Below, piece by piece: positions 45,530-56,519 of a DNA stretch of 61,702 bases; position 1 is the stretch's first letter, and every line of letters starts with the position of its first letter. Both the position numbers and the translations under genes were made by a program. Under the pieces are notes generated by a model, which had not been told where the DNA came from, made no database searches, and saw nothing but the letters and a program-made list of their open reading frames with translations. Source of the DNA: a virus (taxonomy: Duplodnaviria; Caudoviricetes); the IMG/VR virus record IMGVR_UViG_3300045919_000415, positions 1-61,702 of that record; one strand, written 5' to 3'.

Positions 45530-48500
45530 CGAAAACCTTCGCGCCTTCCGCTATTTTGTCGCGTTGCTGGTAGAGCTTGTCCAGCATGGCGCGTTTTGTG
45601 GCGCCGGATAGGCTCTTCGATGCATCCACTTGACGGATCATCGTGTTGACAGCGGCCAGCTCTTTCGACACCTTGGCTTCTGCCTTCTCGGCCCCGATCA
45701 GTGGGCCGACTTCTTTCGCCAGCTTGGTCGCCTGCTCCACATCCCCGCGTTGAACCGCGGCGTGGTACGACTGGTAGGCCTGCGTGATCTTCTGCGCCGC
45801 CTGATAGTACGAATCCACGTAGCGGCTGTTCTGGGCTGGCAGCGACTCCGCGAAATCACCGGCCAAGAACACATCCTTCAACCGCATGTCGGGACGCGCG
45901 CCTTGACCACTCAGCGGACGCAGGCCATAGTCCATCGCCGTGACGCTCATGGCGCCCACACCACCGAGGTAGCCTTTGATCAGGAAGTCGATCTGCTTCG
46001 GGCTGAGTCCGGTGTATTGACCCTTCGCCAGTTCCACCGGGTTCGGCAAGCCGATCTGCCCGAGCGCGCGAGCGAGCATGGATGTGTTGTTGTCGAAGCG
46101 ATCCTGCGGGCGTTCTTGCTGCTCTTTCGTCGACTCTATCTGGCGTCCTGTGAAGCTGTCCTTGTTGGCGTACACATCCACCAACGGCTTCACGATCTGC
46201 GGCGTCGGGTCCATGCTGAACGTCTGGAACATGGCGTTGGAAATGCGCTGGCTGTAACGGCTGCCCGTCATCTCCGGGTCCACGGCGAGCTCCCATGTGC
46301 GCTCGGCCATTGTCCCGATCGTGCCCAGTTCGAACGGCTTCGGGATGCGGAACGACGTATCACCCACCTTGAACCACCAGTAGGTGTCGCGGTCCCAGTC
46401 CGGGCGCTTCTTCCAGTCCTCGTCGTCCTTGTACGCCAGCATCAAGCCGAGGCTGGCCATTGACACCGCGCCGGCCATCGCTGCGAAGCGCGCCGCCTGT
46501 TGCGGATTCTCGGACGCGAACTTGCCCATCTTGTACAAACCTTGGATCCGGGCGTTCAAAAAGGGCACGGACTGCACGAGGAAGCGCACCAGTGGCCAGC
46601 GTCCGCTCATCGTGAAGTCGAGCAGGTCACGGCTCATGAAGCTCGCTTCGGCGTGCGTCTTGCCGCGGGCGATCAGTTGCTCATAGAGCGCCGCGCGGTT
46701 GATGTTCTCACTGCGGTCACCCAGTTCGGCGTATGCGTCGTACAGCTCGCGCACTTTTCCAGTGATCTCTTGCCAGCCTTTGCGATCGAGCAGCGTGCCG
46801 CCGGCTTTCTCCACCATGTCTTCGGCATAGCGGCTCATGCCGTCACGGCCAGTGCCGAAGCGGATAATGCCGCCAGAGGCCAACATGCTGGCCCGGGTCT
46901 GGCTATCGTGCGCGGTAGCCTTCCAGCCTTGCGCGAGGTTCTTGGCGAAGTTGGCATCGATGTCGCTGACACCAACCGTGGTCAGTGTGTCGCGGATCAA
47001 GTTGCGGATCTTGAACACTGGCGTCGCTGTCGCACCGAACGTCAGCAGGTGCTTGAACGTCGCGAAGGGTTTGGCCCATTCCGGGTTCACGTAGTTGATG
47101 GCACCGATCGCTTCATGCAGGTACGGATCCATCACCTGGAAGTGCTCTTTCGAGCCATCACGCATGATCGAGATCGAACCCTTGGTGGCGGTCGGCAGCT
47201 TGTAGGCCACACCCAGTTGCTCGGCAGAGTCCATGGTCTCGCGCGCCGCACGGTTCTTGGCGGACGCATCGAATAGGTGGCCCCAGTTCATCATGACGTT
47301 GGACAGTAAGTCACTATTGAGTTGGTCGGTGCCGCCCTTGAGTTTCTTCCACGCGTACTGGTTGGTCAGCCCGGAAGAGAACTTCGGCCCTTGCGTGTTC
47401 TCGTCCGCGGCAACCCTGTAGAACGGCACGTAGGGTTGGTCCTTGTACAGGTCGAGCGCGGCTTGGTCGATCAGGCCGCTGTCCTTGGCGATCTTCAGGA
47501 CAGCGTTGTTGTACTCCTGCAGCTTCGACTCGAAGTCGGCGTAAGCCTTGGCCCGGGGGGTACCGTCTGGGAGCGTATCTTGGTCCAACGTCTTGAGTGA
47601 CTGAATATCGGTGTCGGTGAACAGGTTCTCGCGTCCCAGCTTCTTCAGCTCGGCGGCACGCTTGGCCGCAATCCAGAGCAGGGCGCGCTGGTGCTCGCCT
47701 TGCAGCGGCTTGAGCGCGTCGACGAATCCACCATTGCCAATCTTCACGTCCGGGAGATCCCCGTTCATGGTGGGCGTGCCATACAGCAGGGTGGCTTCCA
47801 GTGTGCCGTCAGTACCTTTGCTCATGCGGGCGAGCAGGTAGGCTTTCTGGCTGACGTCCTTGATCGCGGCAAACTGGTCGACAAGGCCTTGTTTGATTTT
47901 GAGGCCTAGGTTCGCTTTGAATTTGTCGATCGACTGTTGGATCGTCATGTGCTGCTTGAGGCCAACCACGGCCCGCATGGCGGCTTCTTGGGCAGGATTC
48001 AGGTCACCGAATACTTCCCGGGTGCGGCTGCGTTCAACTTCGTCAGCTTTGGTGAACTTGCCGGATTCATCACGGACGTCGTGGCGCGTTGCCGACTTGT
48101 CGATGCGAGGGTTGCTCGGGTCGAAGTTACCGTTGTTGCCGATGGCTGATTTCACTTGTGAAGGATCAAATGGAACGACTTCAAAAGGTTTCCCTCGGGA
48201 AGTGATGATCACGCCATCGTAGCCTTTGTCCCGCATTGCTTTTTGCAGGCTGCGATCATCCATGCCCAACGTGTCATGGGTTCCAAAAACGTCAGGATAC
48301 TTTTGACCCATGACTTCTTGAGCCAGTCCGTCTTCAAGTCGCAGGACCATGGGTTTTTGAATGGACACATACAGGGGCATCGTGCGTTGACCATCATTCC
48401 TGCCCCACAGCTCTGCATAACCGGGGTCAGCGGCGGTGTAAATTCCCGGCCCCGCTTTTCCCCACTCTGAAGGTTTGAACTCGGTGAAATCTTTGTCAGA

Positions 48501-51500
48501 AGAGTGATACAAGACGAGAGGGTTTCCCGCCTCATCAAGCACTTTGCTTTTCTTGAACCACCCTTTGAACTCAGGCGTGTCAGTTTGGGGGTTGCGCTCA
48601 CGCGAATACAGCGCCTTGTCTAGCGCAGCACTCCCAACCCGTAACTCTGTGCCATCGCCTGCAGATGCGTGTCGGAGCATGGTGCCAACGACGGCAGCTC
48701 TCTTAAGCGTTGAAACTCCTGCGCGACCAGCTGCAACCTTTCCTGATTCCAAGCCGTCAGTTCCGGGTCCGCTCTTATCTCGTCCAGCCAGTTTTGCGAA
48801 ATCTGGGTCGGTGACAAGTTCGCCTTTTCCATTGATGAAATCTCCGTGTTCCGTCGCCGTGATGTCCTTGATCTCAGGAACCTCTTTCACGGTTTTGTTG
48901 TACGAAGCGCGCAGCATTTCCCCGAGGTTATGGTCCGTGCGTTCGACCCCCCATTGTATATCTTGGCCAGACTTCTGGTCTGGGTGCAAACGCAAATGAT
49001 CCGTTGAATCGTGACGGATTGCACTGCTGATCATGTTCTCAGTGCGGCGGCTCATGCCGGCCGGGCTGATGCCTTTCGGGTCACCTTCGAAGATGTAGCC
49101 GTTGGCGTGCGCCCAGCTGGACACGGCTTGATAGATCGCGCTACCACGGGACTTGCCCGACTCGAGGCTTGACAGGTCGATGAAAACGTCCTTGCCCTTG
49201 CGCTCAAGGTAGGCCGGCTTGCCATCCGCACCGCGAATGATCCACGCTTGATCATTGATCTGGTTGTCTTCCTCGACCACCTTGAAAGGCAATCCGGTCT
49301 GGCGCAGGGTGGTCGACAGATCCTTGTCACCCTTCAGGCGTGGATATTGGAACGCTTCGTCGCCGATGTCCTTGGCCAGACCCTTGAACTTGCGGCCCAG
49401 ATCCTCGGACTCACGCTCACGCGATTGCGTGGCACCGGCCGCCTCTTCGTCGTTCTTTGTCATGTACTTGCCGTTGGGCTCGAGGAAGAAGCCGGGGTTG
49501 AAGTCGCCCCAGTTTTTCTTCTCCGGCCCTTCAAGCATGCCTTCCTTGCCGGTCCACTGGGCAATGGCTTCCTGCTTCAGGTCGACCGACAAGCTGTGAA
49601 GATCGGCGGCCGAGAGCGGTTTGTCCAGCGTGGCGATGAGTGTGGACTCAGAATGCGATTGAGCCACCTTGCCTGATACGACCTTGACCCCGTACTTGTC
49701 CAGTGCGTCACGGGCCTCCTGCTCGCTCAGCTTGCCGCCACCCGGGATGTCGAGACCGATGTTGACCACTGGCTCTTTGCGCTCTACCGAGCGGTCGATG
49801 CGGGGGTTGCGCACATCGAACTCACCGTTGTTGCCAATGGCAGACTTGATCTGTTCCGGCTTGAAGGCGACGTATACCACGTCCTTGCCTTTACCGAAGA
49901 TCACGCCGTCATACCCTTCCCAGCGCAGCTTCTCGAATAACAACGCCTGTGCGCGCTTGTAGTTCTCGACAACGCCGATGGCATCCCTCTGGGTATCGTA
50001 CTGCTTCGGGTTCTTGATCGACAGGTAGGCCGGAATCACACGGTCTGCCGTATTCACATCCTCGAAGCGCCATTCGCCCGGGACATACCTGCGGTTCTTG
50101 CTATCGTTTTCCCGGGCGTAGCTGGAAGCGTCTTCCGTGGAAGGGGTGAACCAGATGCCGTTCTTCGCGGCCTTGAACGATTTGAAGTCCACATCCTTCG
50201 AGGTTCCGGTGTACACCCGCAGCGGTTCACCTTGTTCGTCGGTGACCTTGCTGCCTTCAAAGAACTTCTTGAACTGCGGCGTGTCGATTTGAGGATTACG
50301 TTCCCGGCTGAACGGTGCGTCGACGGTGTCCGTGTTCGTCTTTTCAAACAGCGGTTTTTCCTTCTTCGCTGCCGCGCGCTTGGCCTTCGGCGCGGGCTCT
50401 TCGTCCGAGATTACCTTGCCGGTGGCTCGTCGTTGGTCAAGTCGCTTGGCTGCGGCGAGCTCGTACTTGAGCTGAGCATTTTCATCAAACGGCGCTGCTT
50501 TTCCAACAGTTGCGGATTCGGTGAAAGTGCGGCCGCTTGAATCTGATTCAGATCGGAGATGATCGAGTCCTTCACCGTGACCGGCGCGGCGAAGGTGGGG
50601 TTCAATGTCTTTGTCATGAAGTAGTGTCCTGAAGTCTGGGGTGGAGCGGATCATGTCGTCCGTGATGCCGCGCTCTTTCACGAGTTCTCGCGTGGACTTC
50701 GACGCATTGCCCGCTTCGAACGCCGTCTTGGTCCATGACCAGATTGTCTCCTGCACCTCGGCAGGGGTCCATATTTCCCCGGTCTTTTTTGTAAGGAATT
50801 CTGCAGCTTGGCGAATCCGCGTGCTCATCGCGGTATAACCCGGCGACTTGCCCGGATCCATCTTCGCTTCGTTGAATCCGCTGCCAGCGAACAGCTTCTG
50901 GGGCACCGCTGCCCACGCCGCCATCCACGCATCATTCGTCACTTCGTGCGTCACGTCGCGCAGGTTCAGCATGAAGCTGTTGACCTTCGGTCCGCTGATC
51001 AGGATCTTGCCCGGGTCTTCGTGGCTGAGCGCGCGAACCGAGTTGTTCACCCACGCATCGAGTACGCTGTCGGTCAGGTTGTTGCCCTGCACGTTCTCAC
51101 CCATGATGCGGTAGATCTCGTCGCGGTCAGTCGGGCGACCCGCCTCAACCCAGCCGCGCCATGTGCGCACCGTGTTGACGAGGTTGTCCTTGACCGAAGT
51201 TTGCGGGCTCATCGCCGCAAGAAGTGCGGCGAATCGGGGCGCATCTGCGCCAAACACTTCAAGCAGCGCCTGCGCACTGTGGTGGTACCACCCACGCTTA
51301 GCGCGTCCAGCGTACGCAATGGCTGCGCCTTCCTTCGCGGAAGGGAAGCGCTCGAGCAGCTGGGCCACGACCTTGGAGGATCCGCGGTTCAGCTTCTCGC
51401 GCTCACGGGGGGTCATGGCACCCCATGCCTTCTTGCCGATGGTGTTCTTCACATCTTCCGCAACGGTCGGCTTCGCGGGCTTCGGCTCCTTGCGCGCGCG

Positions 51501-54500
51501 GCTGGCCTGCACATCGTCTCGTGGCGCGCGTGCACCCATGCCTTTGTACTCGACCGGGATCTTGTGGTCACCCAGCATCACCGCGGCGCCATGCGTGCCA
51601 AAAGCCTTTGGCGCGTAATAGCCTTTGAAGCCGTTGTCCAACACGCCTTGCTCGAGCGCCGTACCACCTTTTCCCGCCAAGCCAAGGTGATCTGTTCCGG
51701 TGTCGTACAGGTCGTCAAGCCGGGCTTCGTGCGCGTGGTAGCCAACGCCAGCTTCGGGCTTGATGCCCTTGCCCTCGTTGACGTAGAAGTAGGTCCGCTT
51801 TTTCAGGCGAGCGTCTCCCGAATCAGCGATTCGTTTCGCTGCGGCGTCGCGTTCACCAGTACCATATACGTTACTATCCAGCTCGTCGCGTTTGCTCTGC
51901 GAGTAGTGGGTGCCGATCACGCTGCGGGTAGGTGACTGGGTGGTGCCGGCGTCGCGCGCTTCCTTGTATTTCTCGAACGGCGTCTTGGCGATGTCGACTT
52001 TCTCGCGACCGAGCACCGTCGGGTCACGGGTCTGCTTCGCGTACTCCACCATCGCGGCGTGCACGGCGTCGCTGATCTCACCCATGTTCTTCACGAAGCG
52101 CTCGGACTTGAAGCCTTCGCCACCGACGAGCTTCATCACGCGATCGACGGTGTCGCGCAGCATGCGGCCCAAGTGAGAGATGATCTGGCGGGCTTCGCTT
52201 GACTCGTGATCATGCGCAATCTGGGTAAATACCTTGTTCCAGAATTCTGGCTTCACGAAGTGGTTGCCCACGAGGTCGCCTGTCAATTCCTCGACATGGT
52301 CCTTGGCCTCGCCGTTGTAATACTTTTGGAAGTCTTCCATCCCCTTCGCATCGACGTTCTTGGCCACTACCGCCTTGAGCGCTTCGAAAGCCTTCGGGCT
52401 TTCGCGGCGCATCATGTGGGTGAGTTCATGGCCGAGAACGGCGAGATGTGCTTCGCCAGAATTGACGTTCAGGTAGATCTTGTTCGGGGTGTCGCTATGG
52501 ACGAAGCCACCTTCGCGGCTGCCATCGGCGGCGCGGTAGAGCACGACTTCCTTGTTGAAGATTCGGGCCACGGCAGCCACCAACTTATGGCCGCGCTGTG
52601 TCATGCCGTCCTGCCCGGGTCCGGCTGCCTTCGGCAGCGAGTCAGGGGCGACCTTGTCGATTGTGTCGGGGTGCAGTTCTGCCTGCTTCTCTTCGATCGG
52701 CTTGCCTTCTTCACGCTCACCAGAGCGCAAGGCAATGCCGCCCTCACTCACTGCAGGCTTGGCCGCTTCGGCCTCCTCGCGCGCCTTGGCGGCGTCAGCC
52801 AGAACGTCACGCGGCTTGTTCGCCTCCGCGATCTTCGCGGCGCGCTCGAGGCGCACCTGCGGATTGATCTCGGTGGGCTTCATTGCGTGCTGACCCTGCA
52901 TCTCAGGCGTCAACGGGGGCGACTGATCAGGTGTCTTGGCGCGATCGGTTTCGTAGCGGCCCGCGTGGTTCAGAATCTGTTGATCCGTGAGTGCGCCGTC
53001 ACGATAGCCAACCTTGTTCTGGTCGCGGAAGTCTTGATGAAACTGTTGTGCGTAGGGGGAGGTGCCCTCGGCGATGTCGGCCTTGACATCCGCCAAGCGT
53101 GTACCGACATCGGAGCCCGGGCGCGGCTGCGTCTCTGGGCGCGGTGGGATCGCAAGAGTTTGATCGACGGAATCGTAGTTGCGCTGGCCCGGCATCACCG
53201 AGTCCAGATGCGCGGCTTCTTCAGGGGATGCGATGCCGCCACGGCCTTCGATCGAGCGAAGCGCTGCGTCGGTGGTGGGGTTTGACGGCTGGCCAGTCGG
53301 TCCAAGGATCGCGGCTAGCTTCTGGTTTGCATCGGCGATGTTCTGGTCAGCGCTGGCGGATTCTTGGCTCAACCCAAGGTTCGGGTCTTTCCATGCGTCG
53401 ATCGCTTGATTGGTCATGCCAAGGTGCGCGTCAGCCGCTTGCTCTTGGGCTACAACGTCCGGGTGTCGTGCGGCATCATCAGCAGCACTTATTGCGGTGT
53501 CAACATCAGGGGTGGACATGACGCGGTCGAGGATCTCGCGGGCGGTGCTTCCCGTCGGACGGGGACCAGCTACTGCGCCGCCAACGGCGCCCACGCCGAG
53601 GCCGGGCAATGCGCCCATACCGGCAGCGTTGATGTAGGCATTGGTTGCTTCATCGCCTGTGAGATCCTTTCCGGCACCATAGCGAACAGCCGCGGTCATG
53701 CCGGTCATGCCTGCGGCACCAGCCGCGGCGCCTTGTGCGGCTCCGGCAGCTGTGCGGCCCAGCGTCGTAGCGCCCGGCATCGGGATCTTTCCGGCTAGGG
53801 TATTGACGCCGGTGCTGGCTAGGATCTCGTGGATCTTGCCTGCGACGACACCGCCCGCCCAGACCTTCATGAGGTCTGTTCCGCTCAGTTCTTGGCCTTC
53901 TTTCTCCGCGCGCTCAGCAGCATCACCATAGGTCATGCCGAGGGTCTGCCCGACGTTGAGCACATTGCTCGCCGCCGAACGTCCAAGGTTGGCACCTACA
54001 GCTTTTACCGCAGCGGCGCGAACAGCTTCATCCGCCATCATCGCGGTGGCTTGCTGTTTGATGACTGCGTCAGGTACACCTTTCACCGCCAGTTTCGCAG
54101 TTTGTGTAGCTACGATATTTGCAGTCTCTTCTGCGATCGCCTTGTCTGCCAATCCAGCGACGAACTTTTTCAAGGCTGACTTGGCAACAAGGCCGGCGCC
54201 AGCTCCCGCCACGGTGCCTTCAGGACCGACGGTTGATCCCACCAATCCACCAAGGAGTGTGGCAGCGATCTGCTCGCCAGTCGCGCCGAGAAACATGCCG
54301 AGGGCGTCACCCATCCAGTCGACCAGACCTTGCCCGTCACCTTGTTTGACGCGATCCATGGCGGTAGACAGGTCGACGTTGTATTGGGTTTCTTTTTTTG
54401 CTTCGGCTTGGTGGGCCTTGTAGTAGCCGAGACCCAAGTCCGCCAGCTGGGTGGCATACCCGCCAGATCCGACGATGTCCTCTGCTGTCTTGCCAAGGAG

Positions 54501-55277
54501 GCCAGCAACTGCAGCCCCGAGGGCCGGCAAGGCGGTGACCATGTCTTTGGCGCCAGAGACAATGTGCTTCACGAAACCATGGGACTGTGATTCTTGGATT
54601 TTGGCCAGTCTGGGATCGATCTCGTTTGGGTCTTCTGATTCAGGGATCCCGAATGTGCGCATGTAGGCCGCTACCGGGTCTTCTGCTGGAGCTCCAGCAT
54701 CCATACGCAAGTTCTGTAGCCCTGAGTCAGAAGACTCGAGCGTGCGCAGGCGAGCCGCGAGAGGGTCTTCTGCTCGGGTCGTTGCGTCAGCGGCAGAAGA
54801 TTTCTGGGAGGTGGAGCTGTTGAGCGCTCGACTCACGGCTCCTGACACTTGCTCCGGGGAATATGGTTGCTTGCCGTTCTCTTTTTTGACGATGGCGACA
54901 GTCAGCTTGGCCAGTGTCTGGGGGTCTGACAAATCCAAAGGCTGATCAGGGGCAACGCCCAACGATCGCGCAACATCATTCACATAGGAAGCAGTATCGT
55001 TTTCGTGAGGCGGAGCCCAGCGGTTGATGATGGCTTCGGGAGTTGTGTACCCTTGCTTGGCGTAGTTCAACAGGTTTTTCGAGATGGCGGCCAAACCGTT
55101 GTCGGCACTATCGTAAGCGCCGAAACGACCATCATCCCCAACCTGACCGTCAAACTTCGCAGCCGACACAAGGTTCCCCGGGTTGTTGTTCCGGATTCCG
55201 CGCGGCTCAGGTTGGTTTGTCGAAGATTGACCACCGCTATTAAGCGAGGAGTAGATGTCGTCGAATGCTGTTGGCAT
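45519..55277 (-). CDS. Giant polyvalent ejected virion protein (lysozyme-like, HExxH peptidase, ART-like, glycosylase-like, GNAT-like, LPD38-like domains)
   Basis: 3252 aa; RGIRNNNPGNL, GHELTH, two DTP.FK..F..SKV.DE.G.PL..Y...Q.KSAIGNNG.FD units, RIPKPFELG C-terminus. Confidence 0.82.
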   Translation of the reverse strand: MPTAFDDIYSSLNSGGQSSTNQPEPRGIRNNNPGNLVSAAKFDGQVGDDGRFGAYDSADNGLAAISKNLLNYAKQGYTTPEAIINRWAPPHENDTASYVNDVARSLGVAPDQPLDLSDPQTLAKLTVAIVKKENGKQPYSPEQVSGAVSRALNSSTSQKSSAADATTRAEDPLAARLRTLESSDSGLQNLRMDAGAPAEDPVAAYMRTFGIPESEDPNEIDPRLAKIQESQSHGFVKHIVSGAKDMVTALPALGAAVAGLLGKTAEDIVGSGGYATQLADLGLGYYKAHQAEAKKETQYNVDLSTAMDRVKQGDGQGLVDWMGDALGMFLGATGEQIAATLLGGLVGSTVGPEGTVAGAGAGLVAKSALKKFVAGLADKAIAEETANIVATQTAKLAVKGVPDAVIKQQATAMMADEAVRAAAVKAVGANLGRSAASNVLNVGQTLGMTYGDAAERAEKEGQELSGTDLMKVWAGGVVAGKIHEILASTGVNTLAGKIPMPGATTLGRTAAGAAQGAAAGAAGMTGMTAAVRYGAGKDLTGDEATNAYINAAGMGALPGLGVGAVGGAVAGPRPTGSTAREILDRVMSTPDVDTAISAADDAARHPDVVAQEQAADAHLGMTNQAIDAWKDPNLGLSQESASADQNIADANQKLAAILGPTGQPSNPTTDAALRSIEGRGGIASPEEAAHLDSVMPGQRNYDSVDQTLAIPPRPETQPRPGSDVGTRLADVKADIAEGTSPYAQQFHQDFRDQNKVGYRDGALTDQQILNHAGRYETDRAKTPDQSPPLTPEMQGQHAMKPTEINPQVRLERAAKIAEANKPRDVLADAAKAREEAEAAKPAVSEGGIALRSGEREEGKPIEEKQAELHPDTIDKVAPDSLPKAAGPGQDGMTQRGHKLVAAVARIFNKEVVLYRAADGSREGGFVHSDTPNKIYLNVNSGEAHLAVLGHELTHMMRRESPKAFEALKAVVAKNVDAKGMEDFQKYYNGEAKDHVEELTGDLVGNHFVKPEFWNKVFTQIAHDHESSEARQIISHLGRMLRDTVDRVMKLVGGEGFKSERFVKNMGEISDAVHAAMVEYAKQTRDPTVLGREKVDIAKTPFEKYKEARDAGTTQSPTRSVIGTHYSQSKRDELDSNVYGTGERDAAAKRIADSGDARLKKRTYFYVNEGKGIKPEAGVGYHAHEARLDDLYDTGTDHLGLAGKGGTALEQGVLDNGFKGYYAPKAFGTHGAAVMLGDHKIPVEYKGMGARAPRDDVQASRARKEPKPAKPTVAEDVKNTIGKKAWGAMTPREREKLNRGSSKVVAQLLERFPSAKEGAAIAYAGRAKRGWYHHSAQALLEVFGADAPRFAALLAAMSPQTSVKDNLVNTVRTWRGWVEAGRPTDRDEIYRIMGENVQGNNLTDSVLDAWVNNSVRALSHEDPGKILISGPKVNSFMLNLRDVTHEVTNDAWMAAWAAVPQKLFAGSGFNEAKMDPGKSPGYTAMSTRIRQAAEFLTKKTGEIWTPAEVQETIWSWTKTAFEAGNASKSTRELVKERGITDDMIRSTPDFRTLLHDKDIEPHLRRAGHGEGLDHLRSESDSSGRTFTESATVGKAAPFDENAQLKYELAAAKRLDQRRATGKVISDEEPAPKAKRAAAKKEKPLFEKTNTDTVDAPFSRERNPQIDTPQFKKFFEGSKVTDEQGEPLRVYTGTSKDVDFKSFKAAKNGIWFTPSTEDASSYARENDSKNRRYVPGEWRFEDVNTADRVIPAYLSIKNPKQYDTQRDAIGVVENYKRAQALLFEKLRWEGYDGVIFGKGKDVVYVAFKPEQIKSAIGNNGEFDVRNPRIDRSVERKEPVVNIGLDIPGGGKLSEQEARDALDKYGVKVVSGKVAQSHSESTLIATLDKPLSAADLHSLSVDLKQEAIAQWTGKEGMLEGPEKKNWGDFNPGFFLEPNGKYMTKNDEEAAGATQSRERESEDLGRKFKGLAKDIGDEAFQYPRLKGDKDLSTTLRQTGLPFKVVEEDNQINDQAWIIRGADGKPAYLERKGKDVFIDLSSLESGKSRGSAIYQAVSSWAHANGYIFEGDPKGISPAGMSRRTENMISSAIRHDSTDHLRLHPDQKSGQDIQWGVERTDHNLGEMLRASYNKTVKEVPEIKDITATEHGDFINGKGELVTDPDFAKLAGRDKSGPGTDGLESGKVAAGRAGVSTLKRAAVVGTMLRHASAGDGTELRVGSAALDKALYSRERNPQTDTPEFKGWFKKSKVLDEAGNPLVLYHSSDKDFTEFKPSEWGKAGPGIYTAADPGYAELWGRNDGQRTMPLYVSIQKPMVLRLEDGLAQEVMGQKYPDVFGTHDTLGMDDRSLQKAMRDKGYDGVIITSRGKPFEVVPFDPSQVKSAIGNNGNFDPSNPRIDKSATRHDVRDESGKFTKADEVERSRTREVFGDLNPAQEAAMRAVVGLKQHMTIQQSIDKFKANLGLKIKQGLVDQFAAIKDVSQKAYLLARMSKGTDGTLEATLLYGTPTMNGDLPDVKIGNGGFVDALKPLQGEHQRALLWIAAKRAAELKKLGRENLFTDTDIQSLKTLDQDTLPDGTPRAKAYADFESKLQEYNNAVLKIAKDSGLIDQAALDLYKDQPYVPFYRVAADENTQGPKFSSGLTNQYAWKKLKGGTDQLNSDLLSNVMMNWGHLFDASAKNRAARETMDSAEQLGVAYKLPTATKGSISIMRDGSKEHFQVMDPYLHEAIGAINYVNPEWAKPFATFKHLLTFGATATPVFKIRNLIRDTLTTVGVSDIDANFAKNLAQGWKATAHDSQTRASMLASGGIIRFGTGRDGMSRYAEDMVEKAGGTLLDRKGWQEITGKVRELYDAYAELGDRSENINRAALYEQLIARGKTHAEASFMSRDLLDFTMSGRWPLVRFLVQSVPFLNARIQGLYKMGKFASENPQQAARFAAMAGAVSMASLGLMLAYKDDEDWKKRPDWDRDTYWWFKVGDTSFRIPKPFELGTIGTMAERTWELAVDPEMTGSRYSQRISNAMFQTFSMDPTPQIVKPLVDVYANKDSFTGRQIESTKEQQERPQDRFDNNTSMLARALGQIGLPNPVELAKGQYTGLSPKQIDFLIKGYLGGVGAMSVTAMDYGLRPLSGQGARPDMRLKDVFLAGDFAESLPAQNSRYVDSYYQAAQKITQAYQSYHAAVQRGDVEQATKLAKEVGPLIGAEKAEAKVSKELAAVNTMIRQVDASKSLSGATKRAMLDKLYQQRDKIAEGAKVFATM

Positions 55278-55284
55278 TGGCTTC

Positions 55285-56517
55285 TCAGTTTGACTTTTTA
55301 GGTTTTCCAGAGTTGTTCCACGCGTCCTTAATCAATCCGGTGGCAACTTTTACTGCTCCCGGATTGAGCGCCGAGTGATCCATTTGCCGCAATTCTTCCG
55401 ACTCTGCGTCAGATAATCCCTCAGCCGAATTCTGCTTCTTTTGCAAGAAGGCAAGTCGATCACGAGCTGTTGAGCTGATGTGCTCGTCCATCGTTCCGGT
55501 TATGGACGCGGTGGCTGGGTCAGGTTTTGGCTTGGTCTCGGTTTTTGGCTTGGTCTCGGTTTTTGACTCTGTGGGGGCGGGCGAAGACCCCGCAGTCGCA
55601 GGAGCCCCAGAACCCAGCGTTCGTACGCCGCCTTGAACACCGGCGATGAACGCGGCGCGCTTGAAGGTATTGATATCCGCAAAATCTGCAGGGAGGACAC
55701 CCCACACTTTGGCGAGATTCTTCGCGTCCTCTGGCTTGACAGACCCGTTCTTGAATAACTTGTCCGCGTTATCTGTTACCCGGGCGTCCACCTGCTGCAC
55801 CAACGAATCGTACTTTTGGTTCGCCGCGTCTGCTTCCGCGTAAGGGTCCACCACCTCGCCATTGCGAATCTTGTTGGCAAGACCAGCGGTCGCAAGTCGA
55901 GCCACAGCATTCTTGTGCATCGGATCGTTGCCGGTCATGTCACCAACCGGACGTGCGTAGTCCGGGAGCGAGGAGATTGGGGTAACACTTTCCACAGCTT
56001 TCGTAACCCCAGCCAAGGCCGTGTTGAGTTCCTTCTGCACCTGCTCATTGGACTTCGGCGCGCGCCCGCCACGCAACGCCGCGATGTCTTTTTTGTCTTG
56101 CGAATTGTTCAAGACCTCGGAACCAGAGGAGTTGTCGAACACGCTTCCGCCCAACGGCAACGACTTGTAGTTCTTGTCCCGGATCGTGGCCTCGTGATCC
56201 GCCGCAGCCAGATCACCGTTGTCGCGGAAGGCCTTCTCACGTGCAAGAGATTGTTGGGCGTAGTTCATGTCAGGTGTGATCTTTGCCGAGTTACCTACCC
56301 CAGCAATACGCGTGCGCTCATCAGAAGCGGCTTGCACACCTGCGGCGCGGGTGTTCTCATCGATGCGCTTCTGCTTCTCAACATCGAGGTCGGCCATGGT
56401 CTGGGCGAGTTTCTGTTTGTTGCTGATATCGATGTCTTTGTCTGCGATCTCTTCGGCTGCACCTGCGGCACCACCGATGCCGCCAGCAACAGCGCGGCCA
56501 ATGAGTCCCCAATCCAT
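55285..56517 (-). CDS. Internal virion/ejection protein
   Basis: 410 aa, Gly/Ala N-terminus, helical; in ejection cluster. Confidence 0.55.
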   Translation of the reverse strand: MDWGLIGRAVAGGIGGAAGAAEEIADKDIDISNKQKLAQTMADLDVEKQKRIDENTRAAGVQAASDERTRIAGVGNSAKITPDMNYAQQSLAREKAFRDNGDLAAADHEATIRDKNYKSLPLGGSVFDNSSGSEVLNNSQDKKDIAALRGGRAPKSNEQVQKELNTALAGVTKAVESVTPISSLPDYARPVGDMTGNDPMHKNAVARLATAGLANKIRNGEVVDPYAEADAANQKYDSLVQQVDARVTDNADKLFKNGSVKPEDAKNLAKVWGVLPADFADINTFKRAAFIAGVQGGVRTLGSGAPATAGSSPAPTESKTETKPKTETKPKPDPATASITGTMDEHISSTARDRLAFLQKKQNSAEGLSDAESEELRQMDHSALNPGAVKVATGLIKDAWNNSGKPKKSN

Positions 56518-56519
56518 GC

